A stretch of 64,000 nt of DNA from Promethearchaeia archaeon. Lineage in GTDB: Archaea > Asgardarchaeota > Lokiarchaeia > Sigyniarchaeales > SOKP01. Below the pieces are notes generated by a model. That model did not search any database. It had not been told where the DNA came from and worked only from the letters and a program-made list of their open reading frames with translations. The stretch is taken from assembly GCA_046483985.1 (NCBI GenBank), contig JAWOCD010000075.1:1-64000 (forward strand), read 5' to 3'. The position numbers and the translations under genes were made by a program. This document shows positions 61,246 to 64,000 of this stretch, piece after piece (position 1 is the stretch's first letter; each line of letters starts with the position of its first letter).

Positions 61246-64000
61246 ATGAGATTCATGTTTAAAATATTGGTGTTGGGGGAGTCAGATCTCACTTTTCCCT
61301 ATATAGTGAATGCACTGGGAGGAAAAGGAGAAGATATGGGGACATATTATGAATGGTTTAAAGAATTCAAAGTCTTTGACAATGTTTGCGATCTTGAGAT
61401 AGATGTAATTACTGACATTATCTCTACTAATTTTGATGAGATAATCCCAATGGTTGACGGAATAGTGTATATTCTAAATCCAATGAAAAAGGAAGAATTT
61501 GAATTCTTTGAAATGTTGGTGGATATTATCGAATCTGTCAAGCGAGATATCCCAATGATTATTTTATTTTATGATAGAAATGGTATCCTCCCAATTTCTA
61601 CTAATAAATTATTGGAAACCGTATGGCAAGTATATTCCGACTATGAAGCTTTTGTTAATTTATTTCCCGATGAATTTCACCAAATAATTCAATGCTTATC
61701 CCTTTCAATGATTAGTGGTGACCCTCCTTTGAATGTAGAAACTGCTTGGTTAAGGCTACCAATAATTATTCGGATGGCTAATTTTTATTATGAACAAGGT
61801 AATAATGTCAAGGCAGCCCATGCACTTAAAAAGGTTGCAACTATTGCCGATATATATAATAAAAATGAATACTATGTGTACTGTGAACAAACTGCATATC
61901 TATTCTCAAGGGCAAATCTTTATTTAGAGGCCTCAGAAATAATAAAAGATGTTAGCCAAGTGAAAGCAAATAATTTCAAACGATTATATGTAGAAAATCT
62001 CATTAGGGAAGGGAATAAACTATTTAATAAAAAATCCTTTGAAATGGCCGCTAGACAGTACGAAACCGCAGGACAATGGACTTCCATTGAGCTTAAAGAT
62101 AAGATGCTTATCCAAGAATCCTTTCGATTAGCAATAAATTCTTGGATTTCTGCATGCAAAAATCAGGAGGCCTTTCGAGTCCTTGAGCGGTTAGATCATG
62201 AAGAAACTATCTCTGTTTTAACTGATATTTCAGATAAAATTATCGATGCAGCAGATTTTTTGATTTCAGCAAATCAACTGGAAAAAGCAAAGGAAGAACT
62301 TTATCTGGCAATCAATACTTATCAAAAAGAGGATTTATTTGATCAAACTGAGAAATTTACTGCAAAATTAGCTCAAGTTTTAATAAAAATATTAGAAGAG
62401 CAAACAAAAGCTAAACAGATCTATGAAGCAAAGCAAACCTTTGATGAGCTTGAAAATATATGGCAGTCTTATGATGTAAATAAAACAAATCTTGACCATA
62501 TTTTAGAACCATTGATTAGAGAGTTTATTGAGCGATTAAATTTCAGTATGACATCAATTCTGATTAATAAGCTGGATTCCCTAGAATTAAAGAAGGAATT
62601 GACGGAATATAGTTCGGAGATTGAAGAAAGAAATAAAGAAAAGCAAAAATTAGAAAAAGAGGAGAATCTACAAAGAGGTATCGAAATAATAAAAGAGTTT
62701 TTAACTGCAGAGTATGAAGTTATCCGGAAGTTAAATACTGGAGTGTTGGAAAAAGCAAAAAATAAAGCTGAATTGGAGGATTTTTTGGATGCAGCAGAAC
62801 TGATTAAGGCTCAAGTGAACTACTTAGTTGATATTGGAATGAAAGAAGTCGCAGATCAAATGCTTACTAATTCCTTAGATTATTTAGTAAAAGGCAAACA
62901 TTTTGAGAAGTTTTTTGAATTTTATTCTGAACTCCAAAAATCTATGAAGAAGATATATCTAAAGAGGATTTTCCCTCTGTTAAAAGAAAAATTGGAAGAG
63001 CTAGCAAATTTTGAAGAGTTAAAGAAATCAAAAGATTTTAAAGAAAAGTCCAGAATTTTTAAAACAATAAATCAGAGATATCGGAATGTAATGCTTTATG
63101 AGAAATCGAGGGAAATAAGTTATTTATTTATTGAATTAATTAAGAATCAAGCTTTATTGATTGTCCAGAATAATGAAACAAAACCCGCTATTAATACTTC
63201 TCTGAAACTGATTAAGAAAGTCAAAAATATTTCAAACGCTTACCTCAATAATGAAAAAATTACTTTTGATAGGATTTATAAGAAAATTGCAGAAATTTAT
63301 ATCTCTCTTGATGATCTTTCCTCTGCACATGTTTATAATGATAAAATAGAGAATAAGGAATATAAATCGGAGATTCATAAAAAGATAGCGAAAATGGAAG
63401 CCAGTCGGAGCGCTATTAAATCCAAAAAAGCTGAAGAATCATTGAGAGGAGAAATATTAAAGGAACAAATCTCTCTCATCAAGAAAAAAGCTAGAGATGC
63501 ACGAGCAGATAAAAAGAACGATTTAAAGCAGCGAGGGGGGTTAAAAAGAGCTTTTTTTAAAGACCCCTTAGAACTCCTTAAGAAGCAAAACTATCAAGAG
63601 GCATATAAAGCATATAAAAGAGCCGCACTCCGCTTAAATCGGATTAAAAAATACAACCTTGCTGGCACCTCCTTTATGGTCGCCTCTTTGATATTAATGA
63701 AACAACGAAAATTTGATAAGTTAATAAAATCCTTTAAATCTTTAGAGGATGAAATCTCTGAATCCTCTAAAATCTTTTTTGAAACCTTCCCTATGGTTCT
63801 TATTGACTATATCATTTCCTTAAAAAAAATCGGTGATGAGGCCAAATTAAATGCTGCTTTATCCTATATCGAATATCTTCCTCTATTTGAGGAAGAGCTT
63901 GGGCTTTTATATGACATTTTGGGAAAGGAACGGAGAACGGAGTTAAAAGCTGGAGACGATTCCACTGAGGTAGCAGATGCTCAAAAATTAAAAGCAAAGA
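61246..64000 (+). CDS. Large protein (>918 aa, runs off the window): degenerate small-GTPase-like N-domain plus TPR/alpha-solenoid
   Basis: Own translation MRFMFKILVLGESD...VDGIVYIL...DIPMIILFYD, then TPR-like helices (IREGNKLFNKKSFEMAARQYETAG); no stop seen in the lines I translated, and absence from the ORF track fits an unterminated frame. Confidence 0.85.
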   Translation, partial: MRFMFKILVLGESDLTFPYIVNALGGKGEDMGTYYEWFKEFKVFDNVCDLEIDVITDIISTNFDEIIPMVDGIVYILNPMKKEEFEFFEMLVDIIESVKRDIPMIILFYDRNGILPISTNKLLETVWQVYSDYEAFVNLFPDEFHQIIQCLSLSMISGDPPLNVETAWLRLPIIIRMANFYYEQGNNVKAAHALKKVATIADIYNKNEYYVYCEQTAYLFSRANLYLEASEIIKDVSQVKANNFKRLYVENLIREGNKLFNKKSFEMAARQYETAGQWTSIELKDKMLIQESFRLAINSWISACKNQEAFRVLERLDHEETISVLTDISDKIIDAADFLISANQLEKAKEELYLAINTYQKEDLFDQTEKFTAKLAQVLIKILEEQTKAKQIYEAKQTFDELENIWQSYDVNKTNLDHILEPLIREFIERLNFSMTSILINKLDSLELKKELTEYSSEIEERNKEKQKLEKEENLQRGIEIIKEFLTAEYEVIRKLNTGVLEKAKNKAELEDFLDAAELIKAQVNYLVDIGMKEVADQMLTNSLDYLVKGKHFEKFFEFYSELQKSMKKIYLKRIFPLLKEKLEELANFEELKKSKDFKEKSRIFKTINQRYRNVMLYEKSREISYLFIELIKNQALLIVQNNETKPAINTSLKLIKKVKNISNAYLNNEKITFDRIYKKIAEIYISLDDLSSAHVYNDKIENKEYKSEIHKKIAKMEASRSAIKSKKAEESLRGEILKEQISLIKKKARDARADKKNDLKQRGGLKRAFFKDPLELLKKQNYQEAYKAYKRAALRLNRIKKYNLAGTSFMVASLILMKQRKFDKLIKSFKSLEDEISESSKIFFETFPMVLIDYIISLKKIGDEAKLNAALSYIEYLPLFEEELGLLYDILGKERRTELKAGDDSTEVADAQKLKAK

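Overview
AT-rich archaeal chromosomal window, almost certainly from an Asgard archaeon of the Lokiarchaeia type. Supporting evidence: split RNA polymerase A'/A'', L30e/L44e/S27e, PCNA-PriL-PriS-GINS, aIF2-alpha, Nop10, Csl4, AglB/STT3, an Arf-like small GTPase and lineage-style membrane/Zn-ribbon orphans. It is mostly informational housekeeping genes, plus UvrAB, enolase, ApgM and two glycoside hydrolases. The standout feature is the EF-2-family gene, which really starts at 47946 rather than 48102. It is interrupted inside the GTPase P-loop codons (AHID|HGKTT) by a 30-nt insertion with two in-frame stops. The insertion folds into a textbook bulge-helix-bulge (BHB) motif whose canonical cut sites restore the reading frame exactly. 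It is therefore a predicted tRNA-endonuclease-type intron in a protein-coding mRNA. Other oddities: a wHTH + ATP-cone + apparently dead NrdD fusion; two orphan IS200/IS605 tnpB-3'/omega-RNA-like elements upstream of rps12 and tuf; a glycosidase bracketed by decayed copies of the neighbouring genes; a pseudo-GTPase-alpha-solenoid giant missed by the ORF track; a wHTH insertion in Taw1; tails on RNA polymerase subunits; and a decayed vapBC. No rRNA, tRNA or CRISPR array was recognised.
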